A stretch of DNA of 20,000 nt from an uncultured virus (IMG/VR IMGVR_UViG_3300035521_000126) (IMGVR_UViG_3300035521_000126:52105-72104); one strand, 5' to 3'; positions 1 through 10,006 are shown, counted from the first letter of the stretch. Notes: a model not told the origin generated them from the letters alone. A program made the numbers and translations.

Positions 1-1960
1 TAACAATTGGATAGACGTTTTTACCACACGGTCGAATAAGAGCATTAATATATGCCATCAAATCAAATTTTGTCATATTTGGCACATTTTCTTTAATTTT
101 TGCCCAAATTTTGGGGGAGTACATTTTTGACGCAGTTCTTTGTCCATAATTACTATTCATTTGGAAAATCAAAGAAGTGTCTTCTCTTATCGAATCCCAA
201 ACATTATCATCGTCAAATGTAAGATTTCTTGGAGATATTCTTTCAATTCCAGCAAGTTTACAAGAATCATTTACAATTTGGACAGTATCTAATTGGAGAA
301 TATCTTCTTTTACGAATCCAAGCGCATCCAATTGCTTCATGTCCAAACAGCATACTTGATATGGATTTCCACTTAACATACAAGTACCAAGTTCTGTAAT
401 TATATCATGGTCTGTTACAAGAATTCCAGAGGGGTGAGTTCCTACGCTAACGATAGTGCCAATTACAATATCAACATATTTGAAAAGCTCTGGATATTTT
501 TCTCGCCATTCATCATCAATTACGGTTTCCTTATTTTCATCGTCATTGATTTCATGAACTGCTTTTGCAATTTCATCAACTTCTACTAACGACATATTTA
601 ATCCACGGCCAATATCTCTAATCGCTCCGCGTAATGCAATTGTGTTAAATGTGATAATTTGTGCTGTTTGAACTTTCTCTAGTCCCAAATGACCATCAAG
701 CATAAATTTTTTAATTTTTTCACTTGAACTTGGAGGCCAGTCTGTATCAACATCCGGGGCTGAATATTTATCTTTATCAAGAAAACGCCAGAAATAAAAA
801 CCATACTTTAATGGATTGACATCTGTAACACCTAACATATATAAAGCAAGAGAAGAAACCGCACTACCACGTCCCGGCCCGACAAAAATTCCGTTACTAT
901 TTGCCCACTGAATAATATAATCAATTAATAGAATATAGTCAACAGAATTAAGCGCGATAAACGTGTTAAATTCCAAATCAATTCTTTGCACGACTTCTTC
1001 CCTAGAAAATCCTTCATTCACAATTTTTTGAATTGCTTCTTCGGAATAAAGTTTGTTATAAAGAACTTCTTCTGGATTTTCATAAACTTTAGGAAACTTA
1101 AAGGATTTATCAAGTTCAAACGGCTCAATCATATCGGCCATAACATTTGTATTCTCAATAGCAGTCAAAAAAGTTTCTTCGTCTAAAACGCCCTGTATTC
1201 TAAAAGAAGAAACTAGCTCTTCGTATGTTTTAAATGTTAAATCCCAACCATCTTCTCCATCAAAATATACATTTTTGCCATTCTGCAATGCTTGGCGACC
1301 AATTTCATGTTCTTTGTTCAGGCAGTGCGTATCTGTTGCTGCAATTAACCGTATGCCAGTTTGTTTGCTAAGTTCATACATTTTTAAATTATATTCTTTT
1401 TGCGAATATGTATTATGATGTTGAATTTCAAGAAAACATCTGTTAGAATTATTCTTTAGAAAATCAATGAATCTCTTTTGTAATTCTTCGCTCCCTCTTC
1501 CCAAAATAGAAGCAATGCAAGCGGTACAAATAATAATATTATCACTTGTTTCAACAAGTTCGTCAAATGTAATGCGTGGATTATAATAATAATGTCCATC
1601 TTCGCGATTAAATGCGGCACTAGAAAGAGCATTTAGTTCTTTTACTCCCTCATAGTTTTTTGCAATTAAAACACAGTGATAATTGTCACGAACTTGTTTT
1701 GGCGTATCGCCTACATTCACAAATAATTTTTCTGTAACATAAAATTCCTGTGCATGAATATACTTCATACCAGCAGATTCTATGGCTTCTTTTTTTGCAG
1801 TCCACGACGCAATAGAACCGTGTTCTGAAAACGCGAGTGCAGTCATGCCGCATTCCTTTGCCTTTTGTATGTATTGTTCATACGTAGTAATAGAATCAAT
1901 ATTTGTAACAATGTTTGACAACATTGTATGACAATGATAGACTGTGTAATTTTTGTTCAT
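1..1960 (-). CDS. dnaE: DNA polymerase III alpha subunit (family C), 5' part; runs off the left edge
   Basis: Not in the ORF track because it has no stop in the window. Manual translation from ATG at 1960 gives PHP motifs (YHCHT, AFSEHG, HCVLIAKN), then VGPGRGSAVSSL, PDVDTD, GTHPSG, IFQMNS and ALIRPCG, with the spot-checked motifs in one frame. The ATG overlaps the upstream stop (ATGA). Confidence 0.95.
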   Translation of the reverse strand, partial: MNKNYTVYHCHTMLSNIVTNIDSITTYEQYIQKAKECGMTALAFSEHGSIASWTAKKEAIESAGMKYIHAQEFYVTEKLFVNVGDTPKQVRDNYHCVLIAKNYEGVKELNALSSAAFNREDGHYYYNPRITFDELVETSDNIIICTACIASILGRGSEELQKRFIDFLKNNSNRCFLEIQHHNTYSQKEYNLKMYELSKQTGIRLIAATDTHCLNKEHEIGRQALQNGKNVYFDGEDGWDLTFKTYEELVSSFRIQGVLDEETFLTAIENTNVMADMIEPFELDKSFKFPKVYENPEEVLYNKLYSEEAIQKIVNEGFSREEVVQRIDLEFNTFIALNSVDYILLIDYIIQWANSNGIFVGPGRGSAVSSLALYMLGVTDVNPLKYGFYFWRFLDKDKYSAPDVDTDWPPSSSEKIKKFMLDGHLGLEKVQTAQIITFNTIALRGAIRDIGRGLNMSLVEVDEIAKAVHEINDDENKETVIDDEWREKYPELFKYVDIVIGTIVSVGTHPSGILVTDHDIITELGTCMLSGNPYQVCCLDMKQLDALGFVKEDILQLDTVQIVNDSCKLAGIERISPRNLTFDDDNVWDSIREDTSLIFQMNSNYGQRTASKMYSPKIWAKIKENVPNMTKFDLMAYINALIRPCGKNVYPIV

Positions 1961-2919
1961 TTCAATTTCTCCAAAATCTTATATTGCACAACATCTAAAT
2001 CATTTGGGATATTTTTTAGAATAATTTGGTTTATTTTGTCACTATCTTCTCGACCAAATCCGATATATCTGATGTCTTTTCTAGGCCGACAATTTATTCC
2101 AAATTCATTTTTTAGATATTCAACAAATAATTCTTTCTCTTCTTTTGAAAATGACGCAATACATATATCCCAAAAGTTTGATTTTGAATTATATCCATCA
2201 TCCAAAAAAAATATGGCCAATTCAAATTCATTTAAGCCAGAAATAATTTCCGATTTCGACATACTTCTAATTTCTTTCAAACAATCAAGTTCTCTTGTAG
2301 CAACTCTATATTGGTCTTGGCAAACATATTCTTTGCCGTTTATTTTTATTGTTTTACCTGTAACATATCTTGGAGTGACGTTGCACAAATTTTTTAATAT
2401 ATCGTATTTCCAAAATAAATAATCTTTTTGATTAACAGCATGATTAACTATAAAAATCGGAGAATTTTCTCTTTTGTCTATATGCCCGTCTCCAAGCATA
2501 GAAGCCAAAATAAGCTCTCTTTGAGTTTCATTTAATTTAGTATTTTTCTTTATAAACCCCTTTGTGAGATGATGTTTTTCTGTACACCATTTTTCAATTA
2601 CACGGTAAGAACATCCAGCTTCTTCTGCCATTTCATGTGGATTTTTACCTTCCACTATTCTTTTTTGATAGCACCAATCATAATTTTGATATATTGCTTT
2701 ATAACGAGGGTCATTTTTGGCATATGCATAGTTTAGTTCAAATCCATATTTTTCTTTGTTTCTGCTTATAAAATCAGTGTATACACCCAAGTATTTACAC
2801 AATTCTATATCTCCTGTGAAATATTTGCTATTATCATTAATCCACCGAACGAGTTCTTCGTCAATGACCCAATATCCGCATTTATCTTTAACCAAATTGG
2901 GTTTTTCAATAGAATCCAT
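1957..2919 (-). CDS. Free-standing LAGLIDADG-family homing endonuclease with an N-terminal extension (possible HTH)
   Basis: Two LAGLIDADG-like helices (ILASMLGDGHI and LAIFFLDDGY) plus the QKDYLFWK motif typical of LAGLIDADG_2-type proteins. RBS GAGGTG upstream. Confidence 0.85.
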   Translation of the reverse strand: MDSIEKPNLVKDKCGYWVIDEELVRWINDNSKYFTGDIELCKYLGVYTDFISRNKEKYGFELNYAYAKNDPRYKAIYQNYDWCYQKRIVEGKNPHEMAEEAGCSYRVIEKWCTEKHHLTKGFIKKNTKLNETQRELILASMLGDGHIDKRENSPIFIVNHAVNQKDYLFWKYDILKNLCNVTPRYVTGKTIKINGKEYVCQDQYRVATRELDCLKEIRSMSKSEIISGLNEFELAIFFLDDGYNSKSNFWDICIASFSKEEKELFVEYLKNEFGINCRPRKDIRYIGFGREDSDKINQIILKNIPNDLDVVQYKILEKLK

Positions 2920-2949
2920 ACCGTCACCTCTATGCTATTTTACATATCT

Positions 2950-2978
2950 ATTATAACACAAAAATCCGCTTTTGTCAA
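2950..2978 (-). promoter_or_regulatory. sigma70/sigmaA consensus promoter for the endonuclease and dnaE
   Basis: TTGACA-17 nt-TATAAT with TG extended -10 (TTGACAAAAGCGGATTTTTGTGTTATAAT). Confidence 0.9.
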
Positions 2979-3016
2979 GCGGATTGGGAAAATTTTTATA
3001 TTATTTTTTATTAGAA

Positions 3017-4999
3017 TCAATACGGACAATGCTCTGTCATCTGTTCATAAGAAAGCAATCTGTCACCAATGATTTTGCCACCATTTGCGAACGTAATACC
3101 GTCATAATTGATACTTCTATCATCCCAAGAATACCGTCGCATTTTGGCGATATTGTTATCAAATAGCCTACGAGTTGCCCTGTCATAATACAGGCCAACA
3201 GTAGCACCCTTTGTGCCGAGTGTTCTATCCTTAAAAACCATTAACTGGCGGTCAAATCCATCGTCAACTAGCGGCTGCAATCTTGCTTTATCAAGGCCAA
3301 AAATTCTATCAGCCATATTTACAAATGAACTTGAACCCAAAATTGAATACTCGTTCAAGGTTTCTCCAACAGCAAGCTTTCTAGGATGGGCAACAATATG
3401 AACCTCTACCTGATTTTTCTTACAGAAATGAATCAGCTTATTAATGAAATCAACTTGTTTACCAGTAATTTCTTCGTTTGTCTGACCTTTGAAGTTCATG
3501 CACATCCAGTTATCAATAACAAAAACTTTTGCTCCACGCTTACGGTATGTATATTCCATTGTGTCAAAAACATCATCTGCGCTGGATAAAAGCAGATTAT
3601 CGTATACAAAGACTCTATTTCGATAATATTCTTTTATAGCCTGAATTGCTTGCGGAGTAACTTTATAATAATTAAATCCATTAGGAGAGGTGTATTCAAT
3701 TGTATGGTATCGACCAGCAGCCTGTGAAATAATCCAATTCAACATCTGAGCACAACTAAGTTCTGCGTTAAACCAATAAACCTTTTCTCCACGGTCAATG
3801 GCTTCAAGAACACAAGATTGTGAAAGAATAGTAGATTTACCAACGCCAGTCAATGCCGTCCAGATATTTAATGTGCCGTCAACAAATCCATAAATTTCTC
3901 TATCAAAAGAACTAATTCCAGAGGGAATATAACCAGTTTTTTCAATATCAAATTCTTCTGCGTCCATCAGGTCAACAATGTTTTCCAAAGGAATCTCTTC
4001 TGCGTTGTTAATCATTGCAAGAACTCGGCTTGCGCCGCATCCTAATAAGCAATTATTAGCATCGGTTTTACGGATAACCGATTCTGTAAATTGATGGTAA
4101 TATTTTTCAACAGCGTCTTCGTCTTCGCTCAAAGGCTTAACAATTTTACAACGATATTCTCCAAGGCGCGGAAGAACCTTTTTCGTGCCAGCATCACCAG
4201 CATTGTCGTTGTCAAACCAAAGAGTAATTTCTTCAAACTGTTCTAACCAAGAATAATTAAATCTAATCCAGTTATCATCATCAGCACCGCCGGGAATAGA
4301 TACGACATTGGTATATCCTGCTTCAATACAAGCTAAACAGTCATTATAACCCTCAACGATAAGTAGTGGTTTTGTCACGTCAACTTTGTCCATATTATAA
4401 AGAGAATGACAAGAACTCGCATTTTTCTGCCAGAACATCTTTGGTTCATCTGCCCTTAACGCATGAGACGGACGATATTTAACGCCAATAATTTTGCCAT
4501 CTAAATCACGAAGTTGATAAGCGACATTATTATAAGCATCCATTCGGAGGTCTACATACTGCATAGTTTTTTCCGAAATACCACGCTTTATCATATAAGC
4601 CTTGGCAGTACCATCAATCTTTCTAATTTCTTCTTTAGGATAAACATAATTTTTAAGCCAATTATCCTTATCATCATCTTTGGGATTAAATAATTTAGGA
4701 TTATACTCAATCTTTGCTAAATCAAGCATTCTGCGAACCGCTTTCATATACGATTCGTCGTTTTTAATCATGAAGTAATCAATAAGTCCAAATGTCTTTC
4801 CAGTAGAGAAATCCTTAAAATAATACTCCTTTTTATTCCACATCATAGATGGGGTATTATCATTTACATTAAAAATAGACTTCGCACTACCTTTTTCTGG
4901 ACTCCAATTCTCAAGAGGATAGCCAGTGGCAATTATCTCAGCGGCAGTATCACCGAGAACTTCTTTTGCTTCTTTAATTTTGTCAAAAAGTTCACTCAC
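3017..4999 (-). CDS. T7 gp4/Twinkle-type primase-helicase (TOPRIM + SF4 helicase)
   Basis: TOPRIM motifs LLIVEGYNDC and WFDNDNAG, Walker A ALTGVGKST, Walker B VFVIDN, and helicase motifs VAHPRK, GSSS and KDR. GTG start. Confidence 0.92.
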   Translation of the reverse strand: MSELFDKIKEAKEVLGDTAAEIIATGYPLENWSPEKGSAKSIFNVNDNTPSMMWNKKEYYFKDFSTGKTFGLIDYFMIKNDESYMKAVRRMLDLAKIEYNPKLFNPKDDDKDNWLKNYVYPKEEIRKIDGTAKAYMIKRGISEKTMQYVDLRMDAYNNVAYQLRDLDGKIIGVKYRPSHALRADEPKMFWQKNASSCHSLYNMDKVDVTKPLLIVEGYNDCLACIEAGYTNVVSIPGGADDDNWIRFNYSWLEQFEEITLWFDNDNAGDAGTKKVLPRLGEYRCKIVKPLSEDEDAVEKYYHQFTESVIRKTDANNCLLGCGASRVLAMINNAEEIPLENIVDLMDAEEFDIEKTGYIPSGISSFDREIYGFVDGTLNIWTALTGVGKSTILSQSCVLEAIDRGEKVYWFNAELSCAQMLNWIISQAAGRYHTIEYTSPNGFNYYKVTPQAIQAIKEYYRNRVFVYDNLLLSSADDVFDTMEYTYRKRGAKVFVIDNWMCMNFKGQTNEEITGKQVDFINKLIHFCKKNQVEVHIVAHPRKLAVGETLNEYSILGSSSFVNMADRIFGLDKARLQPLVDDGFDRQLMVFKDRTLGTKGATVGLYYDRATRRLFDNNIAKMRRYSWDDRSINYDGITFANGGKIIGDRLLSYEQMTEHCPY

Positions 5000-5000
5000 T

Positions 5001-5675
5001 TTATATACCCCTTAATCTATTATTAGCTGTATTAAAATACTCTTCGTTAATCTCACAACCTATAAACTCTCTATTTAATTCTATTGCTGCAACTCCTGTG
5101 CTACCAGAACCCATAAATGGGTCAAATACAATTTCTCCTTCATTACTACTATTAATAATAAAGTTCTTCAAAATAAATACGGGTTTACAGGTTGGATGAT
5201 TAAACTGATGCTTGTCTTTTACATTTAATTTAGTAATATAATACGTGGATTTAGTTGTATAATTACCATAAATTCTAACTCCACGTTCTCTGAAAAATAA
5301 GATAAACTCTTTATCTGTAATATATTTATTTCCACAATTGGGGATTGGGTTGCTTTTAATCCAATCAATTATATTCCAATTACAACCCTTTTCTTTTACA
5401 AAATAATCAAGTAATGGAATAATTTGTTTTTGACTACAAAATATATAACAGTTTATTTTCTTCATTACCCTGCACATTTCATCCAAGGTTTCACGAGAGA
5501 ATCCATTTTTCATTTTAATAAGCTCTTTTACATAACGCTTATCAGATTTTTTATACATTCCTCTGCCGTCTGTATAAATTTCGTATGGAGGGTCTGTGAC
5601 AATTAAATCAATGCAATTATCAGGAAGATTTTTCATATATTCTAAACAATCATTATTATATATTTTAAACCCCAT
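5001..5675 (-). CDS. N4-C/N6-A DNA methyltransferase (beta-type motif order)
   Basis: Catalytic TDPPY precedes HPTCKP and SAM-binding DPFMGSGSTG. Confidence 0.93.
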   Translation of the reverse strand: MGFKIYNNDCLEYMKNLPDNCIDLIVTDPPYEIYTDGRGMYKKSDKRYVKELIKMKNGFSRETLDEMCRVMKKINCYIFCSQKQIIPLLDYFVKEKGCNWNIIDWIKSNPIPNCGNKYITDKEFILFFRERGVRIYGNYTTKSTYYITKLNVKDKHQFNHPTCKPVFILKNFIINSSNEGEIVFDPFMGSGSTGVAAIELNREFIGCEINEEYFNTANNRLRGI

Positions 5676-5684
5676 AATTGCTCC

Positions 5685-6452
5685 TTAATCTTGACATTTA
5701 TATTTACAACTGTGTCTTATACCACAGAAATTATAACAAAACCAATCAAATTGATTATTATTTTCTTCTAAGATTGGAGCAAACACAAACTCTGATTGAA
5801 TTGTATTTATTCTATCTTCTGCCCAATCCATAACTTCATTTAACCTATCTAGGTCAAAATCAACCCAAGTCCATTTATTTATTCTAAACATAAAGAACGC
5901 CATTTTCTTAGGATATTCGCCATAGAGTTGTTTTACTGCATACGCATAAAAGTATAACTGCTTTTCATACTCTAAACGTTCAGCCTTAGACTTCCAATTT
6001 CCTTTGCTTTTATAATCCACAACAATTAGTCCGTCTTGGTCTTTATATTTAGCTATCAAGTCAATACGTCCATTAATTCTGAATTTATTCTCATACACTA
6101 AATCAAAATCTTGTTCCGCATCGACAACATCAAAATCAAATCCTTCAAAATTCTGAAAAAATTCTAATCCTTTATTATAGTAATTTTCTGAGAAATCTTT
6201 GTAAAAATTTTCTGTCATATACATAGTAAAATCAGAAGAAATGTTTTCCCAATAATGGTCTATGTAATAATCTAATAATTCAGAAAGTTGAAGTTCCCCT
6301 TTGTTCCATTTTTCAAGAATCATATGAACGTAAGTACCGAATTCACTTGTTCCATGACTTTCTTCTGGCAAAGTTTTGTCATAATAGTGCATATAATAAT
6401 AATACTTACAATTTCCAAATGACTTTAATTTAGAAAATGAATATGTTTCCAA
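5685..6452 (-). CDS. PD-(D/E)xK Cas4/RecB-like exonuclease with a probable Fe-S cluster
   Basis: SFSKL..F..C, GTYVH, GRIDL, VDYKS, QLYFY and C-terminal CYNFC.....C (1+3 Cys pattern). TTG start with RBS GGTGG. Confidence 0.88.
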   Translation of the reverse strand: METYSFSKLKSFGNCKYYYYMHYYDKTLPEESHGTSEFGTYVHMILEKWNKGELQLSELLDYYIDHYWENISSDFTMYMTENFYKDFSENYYNKGLEFFQNFEGFDFDVVDAEQDFDLVYENKFRINGRIDLIAKYKDQDGLIVVDYKSKGNWKSKAERLEYEKQLYFYAYAVKQLYGEYPKKMAFFMFRINKWTWVDFDLDRLNEVMDWAEDRINTIQSEFVFAPILEENNNQFDWFCYNFCGIRHSCKYKCQD

Positions 6453-6462
6453 ATAACCACCG

Positions 6463-7215
6463 TCAATTCTCTAACTCTTTCAACCTATTTTTTGCGATAT
6501 TAAAGTATTCTTCATCTAATTCCATACCGATAAAATTTCTATTAGTATTTAAACAAGCAACTCCTGTACTTCCACTTCCCATACAGTTGTCCAAAACAAC
6601 ATCCCCCTCATTAGAATATGTCTTAATTAAATATTCTAATAAGGCAACTGGTTTCTGTGTTGGATGCAATTTTTCTTTATCTAAATTGAATTTTTGAATA
6701 GAACGAGGGTATCTAACTCCTTCATTTACGGTAATAACTTGTTCAATTTTAGAACGGACTACACTATTTCCTGTGTCCATTTTTTGCTTGCCACTTTTTT
6801 GCGTGTAAGACTCCCCAACTTCCATTTGTGGATTGTATATCATATTTCCTTTTTTAGAATATGAAGTAGCCATTTTACCAAATATCATAATATCTTCATG
6901 TACTTTTGCTGGTTGATACTTAAAATTCAAAAAATTCGCCCCACTTGGTTTTTCCCATTTCCAATCGTATTTGTACATCTTAATATTGCTAATTCTAAGA
7001 TAAGAAGAAAATGGTTCACAACCGAACAATACAATGGCTCTATCATCTTTGATAATACGGTTATATTGTTCCCATAATTTGTCAAATGGAATAACAACAT
7101 CCCATTTACAGGCGCTTGTACCATATGGCAAATCACATAAAATCATATCAATGGACTTATCTGGAATATTTTTCATTAATTCAAGGCAATCACCATTATA
7201 AATTTTATAACTCAT
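6463..7215 (-). CDS. N4-C/N6-A DNA methyltransferase (DLPY variant, beta-type motif order)
   Basis: CDLPY, HPTQKP and DNCMGSGSTG. Start reassigned to ATG 7215 (MSYKIYNGD), which follows RBS AGGAGA. The longer start in the ORF track lies at the terminator. Confidence 0.92.
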   Translation of the reverse strand: MSYKIYNGDCLELMKNIPDKSIDMILCDLPYGTSACKWDVVIPFDKLWEQYNRIIKDDRAIVLFGCEPFSSYLRISNIKMYKYDWKWEKPSGANFLNFKYQPAKVHEDIMIFGKMATSYSKKGNMIYNPQMEVGESYTQKSGKQKMDTGNSVVRSKIEQVITVNEGVRYPRSIQKFNLDKEKLHPTQKPVALLEYLIKTYSNEGDVVLDNCMGSGSTGVACLNTNRNFIGMELDEEYFNIAKNRLKELEN

Positions 7216-7228
7216 ACTGTCTCCTAAT

Positions 7229-7262
7229 AAAAATAAAGGGCTGGGCGTTACCGCCCGCCCCA
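7229..7262 (-). terminator. Rho-independent terminator after ssb
   Basis: GGGCGGGCG-GTAA-CGCCCAGCCC (one bulge) followed by TTTATTTTT. Confidence 0.85.
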
Positions 7263-7297
7263 ATTAGCTTAAAGCATTATAAGCTATATTTTGTTCC

Positions 7298-7732
7298 TTA
7301 GAACGGAAGGTCGGAAGCGTTGTCAACAGGTGCATGAGTGCTATTCGTATAAGTACGAGCAGCAGGAGCAGAAGTGACAGTAGAACCGTCAGCAGCTCTC
7401 GGCTCAACAAACTCCGCATTGTCAACAACAACCACAACATCACGCAGCTTTGCAGGAACACCATTGGAATCGACGAACTTCTTACTGTCGAATTCATTCA
7501 CCTGTAAATGACCTTGAATTGCAACGCGATTGCCCTTATGAAAATACTTCGCAAGAAACTCAGCAGTAGCACCAAATGCAGTAAAGTTCACCCAGTCAGT
7601 GACGGTATTATCGCTATTGCGACTGCGACGGTCATGCGCCAGAGAAAAACTTGCGACAGAAGTTTCACCAGCAGTACGCAGTTCAATATCATTGCCGAGA
7701 CGGCCAATAAAAGTTACATTATTACTAATCAT
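7298..7732 (-). CDS. ssb: Single-stranded DNA-binding protein
   Basis: NNVTFIGRLG, TDWVNFTAFG, KGNRVAIQGHLQ and C-terminal DLPF tail. Confidence 0.96.
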   Translation of the reverse strand: MISNNVTFIGRLGNDIELRTAGETSVASFSLAHDRRSRNSDNTVTDWVNFTAFGATAEFLAKYFHKGNRVAIQGHLQVNEFDSKKFVDSNGVPAKLRDVVVVVDNAEFVEPRAADGSTVTSAPAARTYTNSTHAPVDNASDLPF

Positions 7733-7751
7733 ATTTTAATCTCCTAATCAA

Positions 7752-8792
7752 TTACTCAGCGAGTGAATTAAACTCGTTATAGATAGCTGTAAGAACGTCC
7801 ATGTCCTTAATCTCGCGGATATTAGGTGTTCCATCAGGATTCAAACTACGAACGATATTTGCAGCCTGTACACCGCTAACCTTGCCGCCCTTTACAAGAG
7901 CATTTCCAAGAGAAGCAACCTGTTCTGCGAAATCAGCAATTTCAACAGCAGATGCAACATTACTGGTTTTTGGAGCTTCACTTGCAGCGGTCATAATAGG
8001 AGCTTCTGTTTTCTTCTCAACAGCACCACCAGCCAACCAGTTAGCAAGTTCGATACCGAGTTGCGGAGTAATTAAGAAATATTTATTATTATTCTTTGAA
8101 TACTGTTCAATCACGCCAGAACGGTCTTTGGAAACCTCTGCCATATGATTAACATCCAAATCCAAGAACATAGACAGCTCATACTCAAATCCGTCACGAA
8201 TTTGAGGCGCTAGACCAACCTTACGAATGGTGGTATGCCCCTTTTCGTCCTTTTCCTGAACATATTCAGTCTTGGAACGAACAGTCACAATCATGTGCAT
8301 ATCAGTCTGCAAGATTGCATCAACAAACTTGTTCCACTGCGGAGTAATATCTCGCCATGAAGTATATCCATTACCAGTTCGCTTTGCGATATTACTTTGT
8401 TGCTCAAGCAACCCATTTTTGCCCATCCAAATATGCGAAGCACTATCCAGAACGCAAACCTCAATATCATTGTCCTTCGCAAGCTCAATAGCTTCAATAT
8501 ACTTATCGGCAGTAAACGGAGGCTGGAGAGAAATCACATTATACTCTCCAATTTTAATTCTACTTTCAGGAACAGTCATACCCACATAAAGCTCGGCAGA
8601 ACCGTTCTCGGTATCAATAACACAAATAGAACCCCAAATATCTTCTTCAGACCAATCAGGGTGTTCACCCTTTACAATGCCGTAAGCAAGAATAAGTGAA
8701 CTCAAAGTTTTTCCACCGCCACTAGGAGCGGAAATGCCAATCTTCAACTTAACTCGCTTACGCTGGGCGCGCTTAAATTGTAATGAACCCAT
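7752..8792 (-). CDS. AAA_24/Sak4-like P-loop ATPase (putative single-strand annealing recombinase)
   Basis: Walker A APSGGGKT, IDTE, Walker B VLDSASH, GFEYE and KDR. Lies directly upstream of ssb, the typical Sak4-SSB arrangement. Confidence 0.8.
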   Translation of the reverse strand: MGSLQFKRAQRKRVKLKIGISAPSGGGKTLSSLILAYGIVKGEHPDWSEEDIWGSICVIDTENGSAELYVGMTVPESRIKIGEYNVISLQPPFTADKYIEAIELAKDNDIEVCVLDSASHIWMGKNGLLEQQSNIAKRTGNGYTSWRDITPQWNKFVDAILQTDMHMIVTVRSKTEYVQEKDEKGHTTIRKVGLAPQIRDGFEYELSMFLDLDVNHMAEVSKDRSGVIEQYSKNNNKYFLITPQLGIELANWLAGGAVEKKTEAPIMTAASEAPKTSNVASAVEIADFAEQVASLGNALVKGGKVSGVQAANIVRSLNPDGTPNIREIKDMDVLTAIYNEFNSLAE

Positions 8793-8853
8793 AATTTTCT
8801 CCTTTGCTAGTTATTATATTTTACAATCACATAAAATATTATAAACTTTGGAA

Positions 8854-9177
8854 TTACTTGAACAGACTTGCAACGTGGTCATTGTACTCCTGTTCCATTT
8901 CTGCAATCCGCTGATTATGCAGAGCGACAAGATTCTCTTCAGCCTCTTTCTGGTTTTCACACCATGCAATCAGCTTATTTAGAGAACTAATTGCAGCCTT
9001 GTGGGAATCTCGCTTCGCCATCTTTTCGCGAATCTTGTACTTCCGAGTAGCAAGGTCAATACCTACGTTCTCGTCAAAGTTGTCCTCATTGCAAACTGCA
9101 ATTGCCTTAATCTTACGGCCAGCAATAGAGCCAGTAGCAATAACACGATTGTTGTCCTTCAAAACCTTAATACGCAT
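8854..9177 (-). CDS. Hypothetical phage protein with a C-terminal coiled coil
   Basis: 107-aa ORF with RBS AGAGG, first gene after a consensus promoter. Confidence 0.8.
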   Translation of the reverse strand: MRIKVLKDNNRVIATGSIAGRKIKAIAVCNEDNFDENVGIDLATRKYKIREKMAKRDSHKAAISSLNKLIAWCENQKEAEENLVALHNQRIAEMEQEYNDHVASLFK

Positions 9178-9229
9178 AATCTAATACCTCTCTTTAAATT
9201 TATTTTGTATTTGGATTTCTTACAGTGTC

Positions 9230-9258
9230 ATTATACCACAATTTTTTCTGTTTGTCAA
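9230..9258 (-). promoter_or_regulatory. sigma70/sigmaA consensus promoter
   Basis: TTGACA-AACAGAAAAAATTGTGG-TATAAT (17-nt spacer, TG extension). Confidence 0.9.
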
Positions 9259-9291
9259 GTAAAATTTTCAAATTTCTAAAAATATTTTTGA

Positions 9292-9897
9292 CTATATTCG
9301 GCTACGCCGACATTCTAGTTTAAATTCGATTGCCATTTTTTCCAAAACGCTTTCGACAGCTTTAAAAATTCCATTCTCTGAAAAATGAACTTCGTATTTA
9401 TCAGAGAGACTAATAATTTCCTTTGTTGCATTGTCATACGATAATCCAGCATTCTTGCGTTTCTTTACGTTGCCCTCTCCCATAGCATATATGTAAATCA
9501 TGTCATTTTTATTACTTGATTTACTTTTGGCGTATTTCAGCATCATAATTCCAGCAAGAATATTTGTTTTAGGATTATAAAGTTCACTGGCACTTGTTAA
9601 AACTCCGTTCTTCTTTAAGAAATTAATTACGTCAGAAGAAGTCGAAATTTGCATTAGGCCAACGTATTTAGTACCAACATTGTCTTTAAATCTTGATTCG
9701 TGATAAATAATAGCGATAACAACAGAATACGGAATATCATGTTCTTCGCATAAATTATTTGTATAAGTAATAAGTTCATTATCCCATTGCTCATACAATT
9801 CTAAATAATCATCTAAGTTGGATTGTGCATATGCACACGGCAATAATGCACTAATTAAAATAATAAATGAAATAAAAATGCAAACAATTTTTTTCAT
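9292..9897 (-). CDS. Secreted lytic transglycosylase (SLT-like) protein
   Basis: Signal peptide (MKK + hydrophobic stretch + AYA), catalytic AIIYHESRF, GLMQI, LYNPKTNI and YAMG (variant of YNAG). Confidence 0.82.
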   Translation of the reverse strand: MKKIVCIFISFIILISALLPCAYAQSNLDDYLELYEQWDNELITYTNNLCEEHDIPYSVVIAIIYHESRFKDNVGTKYVGLMQISTSSDVINFLKKNGVLTSASELYNPKTNILAGIMMLKYAKSKSSNKNDMIYIYAMGEGNVKKRKNAGLSYDNATKEIISLSDKYEVHFSENGIFKAVESVLEKMAIEFKLECRRSRI

Positions 9898-10006
9898 GCT
9901 AACACCTCATAATCGGTGTTGGTACTAAATCCTTGTCTGTAATGGGACTTTCACCCACATATACTAAGTGAAATCAATTTTGTATATTAATTTCCAGTAT
10001 TTAGAC

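Noticed and set aside
5685..6452. CRISPR-Cas locus
   Set aside because: This is a solo Cas4-like nuclease, with no repeat-spacer array or other cas genes in the window.
8812..8844. AT-only inverted repeat upstream of the AAA_24 gene
   Set aside because: It is low complexity and expected by chance in AT-rich intergenic DNA.
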